64,000 bases of DNA from an uncultured Chloroflexia bacterium (lineage in GTDB: Bacteria; Chloroflexota; Limnocylindria; Limnocylindrales; CSP1-4), in NCBI GenBank assembly GCA_963707215.1, contig CAVPPB010000003.1, positions 1,536,001 to 1,600,000 on the forward strand. The letters are read 5' to 3'. The position numbers were made by a program, and so were the translations under genes. Of the stretch, positions 32,234 through 41,482 are shown in pieces. Positions within the stretch are counted from its first letter, which is position 1, and each line of letters begins with the position of its first letter. The notes under the pieces are model-generated. The model worked only from the letters and a program-made list of their open reading frames with translations, ran no database searches and was not told where the DNA came from.

Positions 32234-33283
32234 ATGCACGCGCAGGTACCACTCCTCCTCGACGTCGATACCGGGATCGACGACGCGCTCGCGCTGCTGT
32301 ATGCCTGCGCCTCGCCCGAGACCGAGCTGCTCGCTGTCACCTGCACCGCCGGCAACACGACGGCCCGCCAGTCGGCCGAGAACACCCTCGCCGTCCTCGA
32401 GCTGGCCGGCCGGGCTGACATCGAGGTCGCCCTCGGTCGCGAGGTGCCGCTCGTTCGACCGCTCGAGACGACGCCCGAGACCCACGGCCCGCGCGGTCTC
32501 GGCTACGCCGAGCTGCCGCCGCCGAGCCGGCCGCTATCCGAGCGCTTCGGGCCGGACGTCATCGTGGAGACCGCCCGCGAGCGCCCCGGCGAGGTCACCC
32601 TGGTCACCCTCGGCCCGTTGACGAACCTCGCGGTCGCCCTGATGCGCGAGCCCGAGCTGCCGCGCCTGCTGCGGCGCTGGGTCCTGATGGGCGGCAGCTA
32701 CCGCTCGCCCGGCAACACCGCCCCGACGACCGAGTGGAACACCCACTGCGACCCGGAGGCGGCCAAGCTGTGCCTCGACGCGTTCGGCCGTTCGAGCGCC
32801 GAGCTCGGGACGCCTCGGCCGGTCGCCCTCGGGCTCGACGTGACCGAGCGGGCCAAGCTCGTACCCGACCACATCGTCGCCCTGGCCCGCCGGGCCGGCA
32901 GCCGACCCGAGCCGTCGCTCGACCCCGACCACGACCCGGAGAGCCGCTCGATCGCCAGCCACCGGGTGGTCCGCTTCATCGCCGACGCGCTGCGCTTCTA
33001 CATGGAGTTCCACTCCCGCTACGACGGCTTCTACGGCGCCTTCATCCACGATCCGCTGGCGGTCGGGGTAGCGCTCGACCCGTCCCTGGTCCGGACCGAG
33101 GCGCTGACCGTCGACGTGGAGCTGGTCGGCACGCTGACCGCCGGCGAGACGGTCACCGACTGGCGGCGGGTCTGGGGCCGCCCACCGAACCTCGACGTGG
33201 CCGTCGAGGCGGATGCCGCCCGGTTCCTCGACCGCTTCGTGGAGCGGGTCGGCGCCCTGGCAGAGCGGATCGGCGCGGACTGA
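32234..33283 (+). CDS. nucleoside hydrolase (IU-NH family)
   Basis: LLDVDTGIDDALAL, GN, HG..GLG, TLGPLTNLA, MGG, EWN..DPEAA, GLDVT, IHDPLAV. Confidence 0.93.
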   Translation: MHAQVPLLLDVDTGIDDALALLYACASPETELLAVTCTAGNTTARQSAENTLAVLELAGRADIEVALGREVPLVRPLETTPETHGPRGLGYAELPPPSRPLSERFGPDVIVETARERPGEVTLVTLGPLTNLAVALMREPELPRLLRRWVLMGGSYRSPGNTAPTTEWNTHCDPEAAKLCLDAFGRSSAELGTPRPVALGLDVTERAKLVPDHIVALARRAGSRPEPSLDPDHDPESRSIASHRVVRFIADALRFYMEFHSRYDGFYGAFIHDPLAVGVALDPSLVRTEALTVDVELVGTLTAGETVTDWRRVWGRPPNLDVAVEADAARFLDRFVERVGALAERIGAD

Positions 33284-33400
33284 CCGGAAGTCGCGACGGG
33301 CTGGTCTCGCGGCCGCCGGCGTGGCACGCTATCGGCGGGAAGGTCGGCTGACCGGGGCGCCCGTCGCGCCGCGCAGCCATCGGTTCGAGGGAGGGCTCGG

Positions 33401-34267
33401 ATGGACACGGCCATGGCGTGGGTCCGGGGGCAGTTCGACACGCGGACGATCGTGCTCATCCCGATCGCGATCGCGATCAACATCATCCTGGGCCAGACCG
33501 TGGCCTCGGTCCTGAAGATCCCGATCTACCTCGACTCGATCGGCACCGTGCTGGTGGCCGTCCTGGCCGGCCCGATCCCGGGCCTGCTGACGGGCCTGCT
33601 GGCCAACCTCATCTGGACATACGTCCTGCCGGCGCCGCTCAACTCGCCATACGCGGCGCCGTTCGCGGTCGTCGCCGCCGAGATCGGCCTGGTCGCCGGC
33701 ATCGCCGCCAGCCTGGGCTTCTTCCGCAGCCGGCCCATGACGCCGTGGCCGCAGCTCATCGTCGGCGGCACGGTCGTGGGCGCGATCATCCTGATCATCG
33801 GGATCTGGGGCTTCATCCCCTTCTACACCGACGGGACGTTCACGTTCTTCGGCGACACGACCGACGCGAACCCGTTCTTCGTCGCCATGGGCTACCTGAT
33901 CGGGGTCGGCCTGCTGGCGGCGATCGTCGGGCTCTTCGCCCTGCTCTTCTGGCGGCGTGACCTCGGGGTCGCCTACGTGTTCATCGCGGGGCTGGTCTGC
34001 GGGATCATCTCGGCCTTCATGTCGGCGCCGATCTCCGCCGTCGTCTTCGGCGGCGTCACCGGGTCCGGCACAGATCTCCTGGTGGCCGCCTTCCAGCAGG
34101 GCGGGGCCGATCTCCAGACCGCCGTGCTCCAGCAGGGCCTGCTATCCGATCCGATCGACAAGACGGTGACCTTCTTCGTCGTCTTCCTGCTCATCCAGAC
34201 GCTCTCCCGGCGCTTCGTCGCCCGCTTCCCCCAGGGCGAGAAGGCGATCGGGCTGGAGGAGGCGTAA
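33401..34267 (+). CDS. ECF transporter S component
   Basis: IPIAIAINIILG..LKIPIYLDSIGTVLVAVLAGP..GLL.NLIW; SAPISAVVFGGVTGSG; DPIDK. Confidence 0.85.
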   Translation: MDTAMAWVRGQFDTRTIVLIPIAIAINIILGQTVASVLKIPIYLDSIGTVLVAVLAGPIPGLLTGLLANLIWTYVLPAPLNSPYAAPFAVVAAEIGLVAGIAASLGFFRSRPMTPWPQLIVGGTVVGAIILIIGIWGFIPFYTDGTFTFFGDTTDANPFFVAMGYLIGVGLLAAIVGLFALLFWRRDLGVAYVFIAGLVCGIISAFMSAPISAVVFGGVTGSGTDLLVAAFQQGGADLQTAVLQQGLLSDPIDKTVTFFVVFLLIQTLSRRFVARFPQGEKAIGLEEA

Positions 34268-35097
34268 CCGGCGGGTCGTCGGCCCGGTCCATCCGGGCCG
34301 ACGAACTGGAGCCCGAGGACGCCGCCCTCATCGCCCGGCTCGTCCCCGGGACGCCGACCGTCTACGACCGCCTCAACCCGCTGACGAAGGCGACGATCGC
34401 GACCGTCTCGTCACTCGGGGCGTTCGTCCTGGGCGGCTACATCGGGCCGCTGGCGATCCTCGTCGTCACCCTGCTCCTGGCCGCGACCGCCCACGTCGCC
34501 GGGAAGCTGCTCCGGGTCTCGCTCATCGTGACCCTGCCGCTGGCCGTCTCGGTCGTCCTGGTCTCCGCCCTGACCCGGGCCGGCGCGACCGTCCTCTTCG
34601 TCCTCGGGCCGTTCGACGTGACCCTGGAGGGCGTCGACTTCGCAGCCCAGACGGTCGTTCGCCTCCTGGCCATCTCGACCGCCCTGGGCCTCTTCGCCCT
34701 CACGACCCCGCCGCGGGCCTTCGTCCTCGACCTCGAGCGCCGCGGGGTGTCGCCGCGGCTGGCCTTCGTCGCCATCGCCACCGTCGAGGCCGTCCCGACG
34801 CTCGTCGAGCGCGGCAGCACGATCGCCGAGGCCCAGCGGGCCCGGGGCCTTGACACGGAGGGCGGGATCGTCGCCCGCCTCCGCGGCCTGTTGCCCATCG
34901 TCGGGCCGATGATCCTGGGCTCCCTGACCGACGTCGAGGAGCGCAGCCTGGCCCTCGAGTCGCGAGCCTTCAGCCGGCCCGGCCGACGCCATCTCCTGTG
35001 GGCGATGCCCGACACGTCGTGGGAGCGGCTCGTCCGTTGGCTGCTCGTCGTGGCCCTGGCCGTCGCCGTGGTCGGACGCCTGGCCGGAGCGTACTGA
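34264..35097 (+). CDS. ecfT: ECF transporter transmembrane T component (start codon uncertain or non-canonical)
   Basis: YDRLNPLTK at about 34363-34389, AQRARG, ALESRAF; the frame is open upstream of the called GTG 34528, with no ATG/GTG/TTG before the conserved N-terminus. Confidence 0.8.
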   Translation, partial: VTGGSSARSIRADELEPEDAALIARLVPGTPTVYDRLNPLTKATIATVSSLGAFVLGGYIGPLAILVVTLLLAATAHVAGKLLRVSLIVTLPLAVSVVLVSALTRAGATVLFVLGPFDVTLEGVDFAAQTVVRLLAISTALGLFALTTPPRAFVLDLERRGVSPRLAFVAIATVEAVPTLVERGSTIAEAQRARGLDTEGGIVARLRGLLPIVGPMILGSLTDVEERSLALESRAFSRPGRRHLLWAMPDTSWERLVRWLLVVALAVAVVGRLAGAY

Positions 35098-35099
35098 CC

Positions 35100-35909
35100 G
35101 TGCTGGAGCTGCGCGGGGTCGCCTACCGCTACCCGGGCTATGCCCGCCGGGTCCTCGAAGACGTCGACCTCACCCTCGCCGACGGGGAGATCGTCGGGGT
35201 CGTGGGGGCCAACGAGGCCGGCAAGAGCACCCTCTGCCTGGTCGCCTCCGGCCTGGCTCCCGCCTCGATCGGCGGTCAGCTGACCGGCGAGCTCCGGATC
35301 GACGGGGAGTCGATGCCCGGCCGGCCGATCCACGAGCTGGCGACCCGGGTCGGCATCGGCTTCCAGAACCCGGCCACCCAGCTGTCCGGGGTGACCGGCT
35401 CGGTGTTCGAGGAGGTGGCCCTGGGCCCGATGAACCTGGGCCTCGAGGTGCCCGAGACGGTCCGCCGGGCGAAGGAGGCCCTGGCGACCCTCCGGATCGA
35501 GGCGCTGGCCGAGCGTCCCCCGAACCGCCTCTCGGGCGGCCAGGGCCAGCTCGTCGTGCTGGCCTCGCTGCTGGCGATGCGGCCGCCGCACCTGGTCCTC
35601 GACGAGCCGACCGCCCAGCTGGATCCCGAGGGGACGCGGCTCGTCGGCGAGGCGATCCGGGCCCTGGCGGCGGCCGGCACGGCCATGCTCATCGCCGAGC
35701 ACAAGACGGACCTCCTCGACGGGCTGTGCGATCGCGTCGTCGTCGTGGATGGCGGCCGGATCGTGCTCCAGGGCCCGGCGGCGACGGTCCTCGAGGACCC
35801 GCGCCTGGAGGAGCTGGGCGTCGAGCCGCCGGCCCGGGTCCGCCTCGGCCGAGCGCTGGGCGCCCGCGGTCTGGACCCGGCGAGCGTCCTGGCCGGAGCG
35901 ACGTCGTGA
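35100..35909 (+). CDS. ECF transporter ATP-binding protein
   Basis: GANEAGKST, FQNP, LSGGQ, LVLDEPTAQLDP, IAEHK. Confidence 0.9.
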   Translation: MLELRGVAYRYPGYARRVLEDVDLTLADGEIVGVVGANEAGKSTLCLVASGLAPASIGGQLTGELRIDGESMPGRPIHELATRVGIGFQNPATQLSGVTGSVFEEVALGPMNLGLEVPETVRRAKEALATLRIEALAERPPNRLSGGQGQLVVLASLLAMRPPHLVLDEPTAQLDPEGTRLVGEAIRALAAAGTAMLIAEHKTDLLDGLCDRVVVVDGGRIVLQGPAATVLEDPRLEELGVEPPARVRLGRALGARGLDPASVLAGATS

Positions 35910-36739
35910 TCCGCCTGGAGCTCCGTGGCGTCGGCTTCACCTATCCCGGCGGGACCAGGGCGCTCGACGGCGTCGACCTCGTCGTTGGGCCCGGGGAGCG
36001 GGTGGCGATCATCGGCCAGAACGGTAGCGGCAAGTCCACGCTCGTCCGCCATCTCGACGGCCTGCTCCGGCCGTCGGAGGGCGAGGTCCTCCACGACGGT
36101 ACCGACATCCGCGACCAGCGCGTCGCCCGGCTGGCGGCCCGAGTCGGCGTCGTCTTCCAGAACCCGGACCGCCAGATCTTCAGCGGGCGCGTCCGGTCGG
36201 AGGTGGCCTTCGGACCCCGGATGCTCGGTCGGCGCGACCCGGAGCTGTCGTCGGCCGTCGCCGCGGCGCTCGAGGCGGTCGGTCTGGCCGACCAGGCGGA
36301 CGCCAACCCGTACGACCTGGGCTACTCCCGGCGCAAGCTCCTGGCGCTGGCATCGGTCCTGGCGATGGGGACGCCGGTCCTCGTGCTGGACGAGCCGACG
36401 ACGGGCCAGGACCTGCGCGGGATCCGGCGCGTCCAGGGGATCGTCGGGGCGGTCGCGGGCGAGGGCCGGACGGTGATCGCCGTGAGCCACGACATGCGCT
36501 TCGTGGCCGAGACCTTCGAGCGGGTCGTCGTCATGGGTGGCGGTCGGGTCGTCCTCGACGGCACACCGGGCGAGGTCTTCGCCGGGCCGGCATGGCCGAC
36601 GCTCGCGGCGACCTACGTCGAGCCGCCGCTGCCGGCACGGGTCGGGGCAGGTCTCGGACTCGGCTCGACGCCCACGGAGGCCGCCCTCGTCGAGGCACTC
36701 GCCGGACGGCTCGACGACGCGGGTCCCGGGCCTGCTTAG
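35906..36739 (+). CDS. ECF transporter ATP-binding protein
   Basis: GQNGSGKST, FQNPDRQIF, NPYDL, LVLDEPTTGQD, VSHDMRFV; GTGA overlap with the previous gene. Confidence 0.9.
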   Translation: MIRLELRGVGFTYPGGTRALDGVDLVVGPGERVAIIGQNGSGKSTLVRHLDGLLRPSEGEVLHDGTDIRDQRVARLAARVGVVFQNPDRQIFSGRVRSEVAFGPRMLGRRDPELSSAVAAALEAVGLADQADANPYDLGYSRRKLLALASVLAMGTPVLVLDEPTTGQDLRGIRRVQGIVGAVAGEGRTVIAVSHDMRFVAETFERVVVMGGGRVVLDGTPGEVFAGPAWPTLAATYVEPPLPARVGAGLGLGSTPTEAALVEALAGRLDDAGPGPA

Positions 36740-36829
36740 GCCCGGGCCGATGCGCCCGACCGTTCGGTCCGCACGGACGGGCCCGTCTAGGCCCCCAGCC
36801 GCCATCATGGACGGTGCAAGGAGGTGACC

Positions 36830-37750
36830 ATGCGCATCCTGCTGGCCCTCGACGGGTCCGAGCACGCTGGTCGGGCACGCGATCTCGTCGACGGCATCGA
36901 CTGGCCGGATGGGACCGTCATCCGGGTCGTCGCGGCTGTCGAACGAGGGGGCGATCTCGTCGGGATGCCGGGCACACCGATCGGCAAGGGCGACCCCCGC
37001 GAGATCGAGACATCCACCGTCCGGCGGCTGCAGGACACGATCGATCTTGCCGTCCTCAACCTGGAGCGGCCCGGCCGCGTCGTCGAGCGGATGCTGCTCC
37101 GCGGCAGGCCGGCCTCCGCCATCGTCAAGGAGGCCCGGGGCTTCGAGGCCGACCTCGTGGTCCTCGGCAGCCGCGGCCACGGCCAGATCCGGACGATGCT
37201 CCTGGGGTCGGTCTCGGGCGAGGTCGTCGACCAGGCACCGTGCCCGGTCCTGGTGGCCCGCGGATCGCGGATCGGCTCGATCCTGTTCGCGACCGACGGC
37301 TCGGGGACGGCCGAGCACGCCGAGCACGTCCTGACCGACTGGCCGATCCTGGCCGACCGGCCGGTGACCGTCGTCTCGGTCGCCGAGGTGGGCATGCCCT
37401 GGAGCACGGGTATGTCCCCGGGCATCTACGACCAGGTCCTGGAGTCGTACACCGAGGCCGTCGACGAGGCCCGTTCCCAGTGCCAGTCCATCGCCGAAGC
37501 GACGGCCGACCGGATCCAGGGGGCCGGCTTCGAGACGACGCCGCTGATCCGCGAGGGCCCGTCGGCCGAGGAGATCGTGGCCGCGGCCCAGTCCCTCGAG
37601 GTGGATCTCGTCGTCATCGCCTCGCGTGGCCACACCGGCCTGACCCGGCTGGTCCTGGGCAGCGTCGCCCGGAGCGTGCTGACCCACGCCCCGTGCTCGG
37701 TGCTCGTCGTCCGCGAGAAGGCTCGGGTGGAACCGGTCGAAGAGACCTAG
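36830..37750 (+). CDS. universal stress protein (tandem USP domains)
   Basis: ILLALDGSE..ADLVVLGSRG..LLGSVS..APCPVLV, repeated as ILFATDGS..DLVVIASRG..LGSVA..APCSVLVV; SD AAGGAGG. Confidence 0.93.
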   Translation: MRILLALDGSEHAGRARDLVDGIDWPDGTVIRVVAAVERGGDLVGMPGTPIGKGDPREIETSTVRRLQDTIDLAVLNLERPGRVVERMLLRGRPASAIVKEARGFEADLVVLGSRGHGQIRTMLLGSVSGEVVDQAPCPVLVARGSRIGSILFATDGSGTAEHAEHVLTDWPILADRPVTVVSVAEVGMPWSTGMSPGIYDQVLESYTEAVDEARSQCQSIAEATADRIQGAGFETTPLIREGPSAEEIVAAAQSLEVDLVVIASRGHTGLTRLVLGSVARSVLTHAPCSVLVVREKARVEPVEET

Positions 37751-38208
37751 GGCTCGGGCTCCGGGCCACCCCTCGAGCCCACCCGGTCCGCGTCCCCGCC
37801 ACTGCGCCCGCCCGCGACGAGGAGCAGTAGCGACGTCTCGGCAACATCCACGGCCGCGATGACCGCGGCCACGACGAGCGGCAGCGGGTGTCCGAGGAGC
37901 CAGCCGATGCCAGCGACCACCGCCGCGAGGGCCAGGAAGGCGAGCCGGATCCCCCGCAGCATCACGATCGCGTCGACCTCGGCGAGTGGCCCGACGTCGG
38001 CCCCGGCGGCCCGGAAACGGTCGATCGAGGCGCGGAGGAGGGCGACGGACAGCACGAGCATGGCACCGACGAGGCCGGCCCGGACGAGGGCCGGTGGCGT
38101 GACGATGGCCTCGAGCAGGTCGGACCGACCCAGCAGCGCTGCGGCGCCGATGCCGGCCAGCCCGAGGACGAGGAGAACGACGGTCCCGATCCTGCCGCGG
38201 GTGCCCAC
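37747..38208 (-). CDS. hypothetical membrane protein
   Basis: About 4 hydrophobic helices; last gene of the moeZ-cysO-cysM-mec operon. Confidence 0.65.
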   Translation of the reverse strand: MGTRGRIGTVVLLVLGLAGIGAAALLGRSDLLEAIVTPPALVRAGLVGAMLVLSVALLRASIDRFRAAGADVGPLAEVDAIVMLRGIRLAFLALAAVVAGIGWLLGHPLPLVVAAVIAAVDVAETSLLLLVAGGRSGGDADRVGSRGGPEPEP

Positions 38209-38216
38209 CCGGCCGG

Positions 38217-38675
38217 TCAGGCGCCGACCCGCAGGTCGACCTCGTGGATGGTCCCGTCGACGATCCGCCAGGCGCGGATCGACGGCCGGCCCGTGGCAGC
38301 GTCCGCCTCGTCCTCGCTGAGCGACACCAGGACGTACAGGGCGTCGGGATAGAAGGCCAGGCCCACGTCGGTCGGCGAGGGACGGGCGGGCGATCGCACG
38401 TGGGAGTGGACGATGGCCCAGAAGACCTCGTCGGCATCCTCGGTCTCGAGGGTCAGGCGGAGGAGGTCGGCCGGGTCGATCTCGTAGCGGTAGGGCGAGG
38501 CGGCCTTGTTGCGCGCCGGTTCCCAGCGGAGCGGTCGACCACCCTCGGCGGCGGCGCGGTCACCGACGATGAGACCGCACATCTCGTTCGGGTACTCGGC
38601 GCGGGCGTGAGCGACGAGCGCGTCGGCGAGCACCGGAGGCAGCTCGACCGAGGAAGGGCCGGGGTGGCCGGTCAC
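38217..38675 (-). CDS. mec: Mec-like JAB/M67 metallopeptidase (CysO-cysteine peptidase)
   Basis: HARAEYPNEMCG, HSHVRSPARPSPTD (JAMM motif); GTGA overlap with the cysM stop. Confidence 0.88.
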   Translation of the reverse strand: MTGHPGPSSVELPPVLADALVAHARAEYPNEMCGLIVGDRAAAEGGRPLRWEPARNKAASPYRYEIDPADLLRLTLETEDADEVFWAIVHSHVRSPARPSPTDVGLAFYPDALYVLVSLSEDEADAATGRPSIRAWRIVDGTIHEVDLRVGA

Positions 38676-39736
38676 CACCAGTTGACTCCGCCCTCCAGGT
38701 CCTCCTCCATCTCGTCGAGGTCGCGGCTGAAGGTGCCGGCCGACAGGTACTTCCAGCCGCCGTCCGGGAGGAGGGCGACGATCGTCCCTCGCTCCATGGT
38801 CTTCGCCACCCGGGCCGCTGCGACCAGGACCGCTCCGCACGACGGCCCGGCGAAGATGCCCTCCTTGAAGACGAGGTCACGCAGCGCAGCGATCGCATCG
38901 CGGTTGCTGACCAGGAACTTGCCATCGAGGAGCGTCTCGTCGTAGATCTCCGGGACGAAGCCCTCGTCGAGCGAGCGGAGACCCTGGACGTTCTCACCGG
39001 GGAGCGGTTCGGCGGCGTAGACCTTGACCCGCGGCTTGCGCTCGCGCAGGTACCGTGCCACGCCCATCAGGGTCCCACCGGTCCCGAGCCCGGCCACGAA
39101 GGCATCGATCTCCGGGCAATCCGCCAGGATCTCGGGGCCGGTCGTCTCGTAGTGGGCCAGGGGGTTGGCCGGGTTGCCGTACTGGTACGGCATGACGAAG
39201 CGGGGATCCTTGGCGACCAGGTGCTTGGCCAGCGCGATGGCGCCATTGGAGCCAAGGCGCCCCGGGGAGTCGATGATCTCCGCCCCGTACAGGGCGGCCA
39301 TCTGGCGGCGCTCGGCGGTCACGTTGTCGGGCATCACCAGGGCGACCCGGTAGCCCTTCCGGCGACCGATCATCGCCAGGGCGATGCCGGTGTTGCCCGA
39401 CGTGGGCTCGAGGATGATCGACTCGTCGGTCAGCAGGCCCCGGCGCTCCAGGTCCTCGACGAGGTACTTCGCCGCCCGATCCTTCACCGACCCGGTCGGG
39501 TTGTACATCTCGAGCTTGGCGTAGATCCGCACCTCCGGCGTCGGGCTCATCCTCGGGATGGCCACCAGGGGCGTATGCCCGACGGCGTCGAGGATGGACT
39601 CGTGCCGGCCGCCGTGGCGGGGCAGGTCCTCGTGACCGTGGAGGTGAGGGAAGGCCGGATCGTGCCCGTGACCCGGCGCGGGAGCGACGTCCCCGGCCGG
39701 GGACGTCCGCGAGGCCCGGGGTGTCGCCACGGTCAT
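38672..39736 (-). CDS. cysM: PLP-dependent cysteine synthase (CysO-dependent CysM-like)
   Basis: GHTPLV, KLE..NPTGSVKDR, EPTSGNTGIAL, YQYGNPAN, GLGTGGT, DGGWKYLS; lies next to cysO and mec. Confidence 0.9.
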   Translation of the reverse strand: MTVATPRASRTSPAGDVAPAPGHGHDPAFPHLHGHEDLPRHGGRHESILDAVGHTPLVAIPRMSPTPEVRIYAKLEMYNPTGSVKDRAAKYLVEDLERRGLLTDESIILEPTSGNTGIALAMIGRRKGYRVALVMPDNVTAERRQMAALYGAEIIDSPGRLGSNGAIALAKHLVAKDPRFVMPYQYGNPANPLAHYETTGPEILADCPEIDAFVAGLGTGGTLMGVARYLRERKPRVKVYAAEPLPGENVQGLRSLDEGFVPEIYDETLLDGKFLVSNRDAIAALRDLVFKEGIFAGPSCGAVLVAAARVAKTMERGTIVALLPDGGWKYLSAGTFSRDLDEMEEDLEGGVNWW

Positions 39737-40005
39737 CCGCCGGCCATGGCGGGCAGGATGATCACCGTGTCGGTCGGACCGACCGGCGTGGCCCGCTCCT
39801 GGAGGAAGCGGACGTCCTGCCCATCCACGTAGACATTGACGAAGCGGTTCAGCTCCCCGTCGGGCGTCAGGAGCTGGCCCTCCAGCGTCGGATAGCGGGC
39901 GATCAGGGCGGCGATGACCTCGCCGACCGTCGTCGCCTCGACCTCGACCTGTTTGTCGCCGCCGGCCGAGGCCCGCAGGACCGGCGGGATCCTCACCGTG
40001 GTCAT
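39733..40005 (-). CDS. cysO: ubiquitin-like sulfur carrier (CysO/MoaD/ThiS family)
   Basis: TVRIPPVLR..GG..RFVNVYV..DVRF..ILPAMAGG (C-terminal GG). Confidence 0.88.
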   Translation of the reverse strand: MTTVRIPPVLRASAGGDKQVEVEATTVGEVIAALIARYPTLEGQLLTPDGELNRFVNVYVDGQDVRFLQERATPVGPTDTVIILPAMAGG

Positions 40006-41279
40006 GCCCGGGACTCCGGGTCGGAGGCCACGGGCTCCGGGTCGTACGCGAGGCCCGCCGCCGCCCCGAAGCCGCCGCCGAGGACGAACGTCTCGGTCGC
40101 GCCGGTGGCAGCGGTCGCGACGGTCGCCGTCTCCAGCGGGCGGCCGGCCTTCCGTGCCTCGACCGCCGCGTCGGAGCAGGTCGGGCAGGCTGGGTCCCGC
40201 CTGAGCTTCAGCTCGGTGAACGACGCGTCGAGCGCGTCGAAGAGGAGCAGTCGCCCGGCCAGGGAGTCGCCGATGCCGAGGATGAGCTTGAGCGCCTCGT
40301 TCGCCTGGAGCATGCCCATGATCCCGGGCACGACGCCCAGGACGCCTGCCACGGAGCAGCCCGGGGCGAGCTCGGGCGGCGGCGGCGTCGGGTAGAGGCA
40401 GCGGTAGCACGGACCCTCGAACGGCTTGAAGACCGTCAGCTGGCCCTCGAACCGGAAGACCGAGGCATGGACCACCGGGATCCCGGCGGCGACCGCGGCG
40501 TCGTTGAGCAGGTAGCGGGTCTCGAAGGTGTCGGTTCCGTCGAGGATGACGTCGTAGCCGGCGATGATCCGCTCGACGTTGTCGGCGACCAGCATCTCCT
40601 CGTGACCGACCACGGTCACCTCGGGGTTGATGGCGTTGATCGTCTGCCGCGCCGACTCGACCTTCTGGGTGCCCACGCGATCCGTCGTGTGGAGGATCTG
40701 GCGCTGGAGGTTGGAGACGTCGACGACGTCGAAGTCGACGATGCCGACCGTGCCGACCCCGGCCGCGGCCAGGTACAGGGCCGCCGGCGACCCGAGCCCC
40801 CCGGCACCGACGAGCAGGACCTTGGCGTCGAGCAGCCTGCCCTGGCCCTCGAGACCCACCTCGGGGATGAGCAGGTGGCGGCTGTAACGCCGCTTCTGGG
40901 CGTCGGTCAGGATCCGCGGCACGTCCCAGTCGAGGCCCTGGGCCTTCCATGACTGGAAGCCGCCGGCCATCGAGGCGACGTTCGTGTAGCCGAGCTGCTG
41001 GAGCGTCTGGCCGGCGAAGAGCGAGCGGATCCCACCGGCGCAGTAGATGACGACGGGACGGTCGCGGTCGGGGATGGCGGCCTCGATGTCCTGCTCGAGG
41101 TAGCTCTTGGAGACGTGGAGAGCACCGGGCGCGTGTCCGGCCTCCCACTCGATCTCCTCGCGGACGTCGAGCAGGACGGTCCGCGGATCGGCGGCCCGGG
41201 CGGCATCGGCCTCGAGCGCGCTGACCTCGCGGACCTGCTCGCGGGCCTCGCGAAGGAGATCGGCGTACGACTTGGGCAT
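40002..41279 (-). CDS. moeB: MoeZ/MoeB-type adenylyltransferase with N-terminal rhodanese domain
   Basis: Rhodanese (LLDVRE..W..GHAPGA, YCAGGIRS); RYSRHLLIPEVG, VGAGGLGSP, SNLQRQ, CYRC, CPTC. Confidence 0.92.
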   Translation of the reverse strand: MPKSYADLLREAREQVREVSALEADAARAADPRTVLLDVREEIEWEAGHAPGALHVSKSYLEQDIEAAIPDRDRPVVIYCAGGIRSLFAGQTLQQLGYTNVASMAGGFQSWKAQGLDWDVPRILTDAQKRRYSRHLLIPEVGLEGQGRLLDAKVLLVGAGGLGSPAALYLAAAGVGTVGIVDFDVVDVSNLQRQILHTTDRVGTQKVESARQTINAINPEVTVVGHEEMLVADNVERIIAGYDVILDGTDTFETRYLLNDAAVAAGIPVVHASVFRFEGQLTVFKPFEGPCYRCLYPTPPPPELAPGCSVAGVLGVVPGIMGMLQANEALKLILGIGDSLAGRLLLFDALDASFTELKLRRDPACPTCSDAAVEARKAGRPLETATVATAATGATETFVLGGGFGAAAGLAYDPEPVASDPESRA

Positions 41280-41431
41280 CTGGTTGGTGGCTCCGATGGG
41301 GCGACGGGCTGCCGCCGGAGCGGCAGGGCGGTGGTGATCGACGCGTCCGTGGCGTGTCCGCTAGGAGTTCGGGCGGGGTGGGGCCACGGTTTCCCGCTGC
41401 CGGTCGCCGGGGCGGCGGGGGCTCCGCCGGC

Positions 41432-41482
41432 TCAGCGATCCGGCCGCCGACACCTGCAGCGGCCCAGGCGGTCCATCGTCAT
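41432..41482 (-). CDS. putative cysteine-containing leader peptide MTMDRLGRCRCRRPDR
   Basis: ATG overlaps the sufU stop (ATGA); CxC codons; ends 152 nt before moeZ; GRCxC motif shared with 63226..63309. Confidence 0.6.
   Translation of the reverse strand: MTMDRLGRCRCRRPDR

Noticed and set aside
35276-38437. 1053-aa minus-strand ORF
   Set aside because: It is the antisense shadow of the ECF ATPases and USP; Arg/Gly/Pro-rich with no motifs, typical of high-GC DNA.
40006-41148. Apparent long fusion ending in the MoaD/CysO domain
   Set aside because: It is an off-frame overlap with moeZ; cysO starts at the ATGA overlap at 40005.
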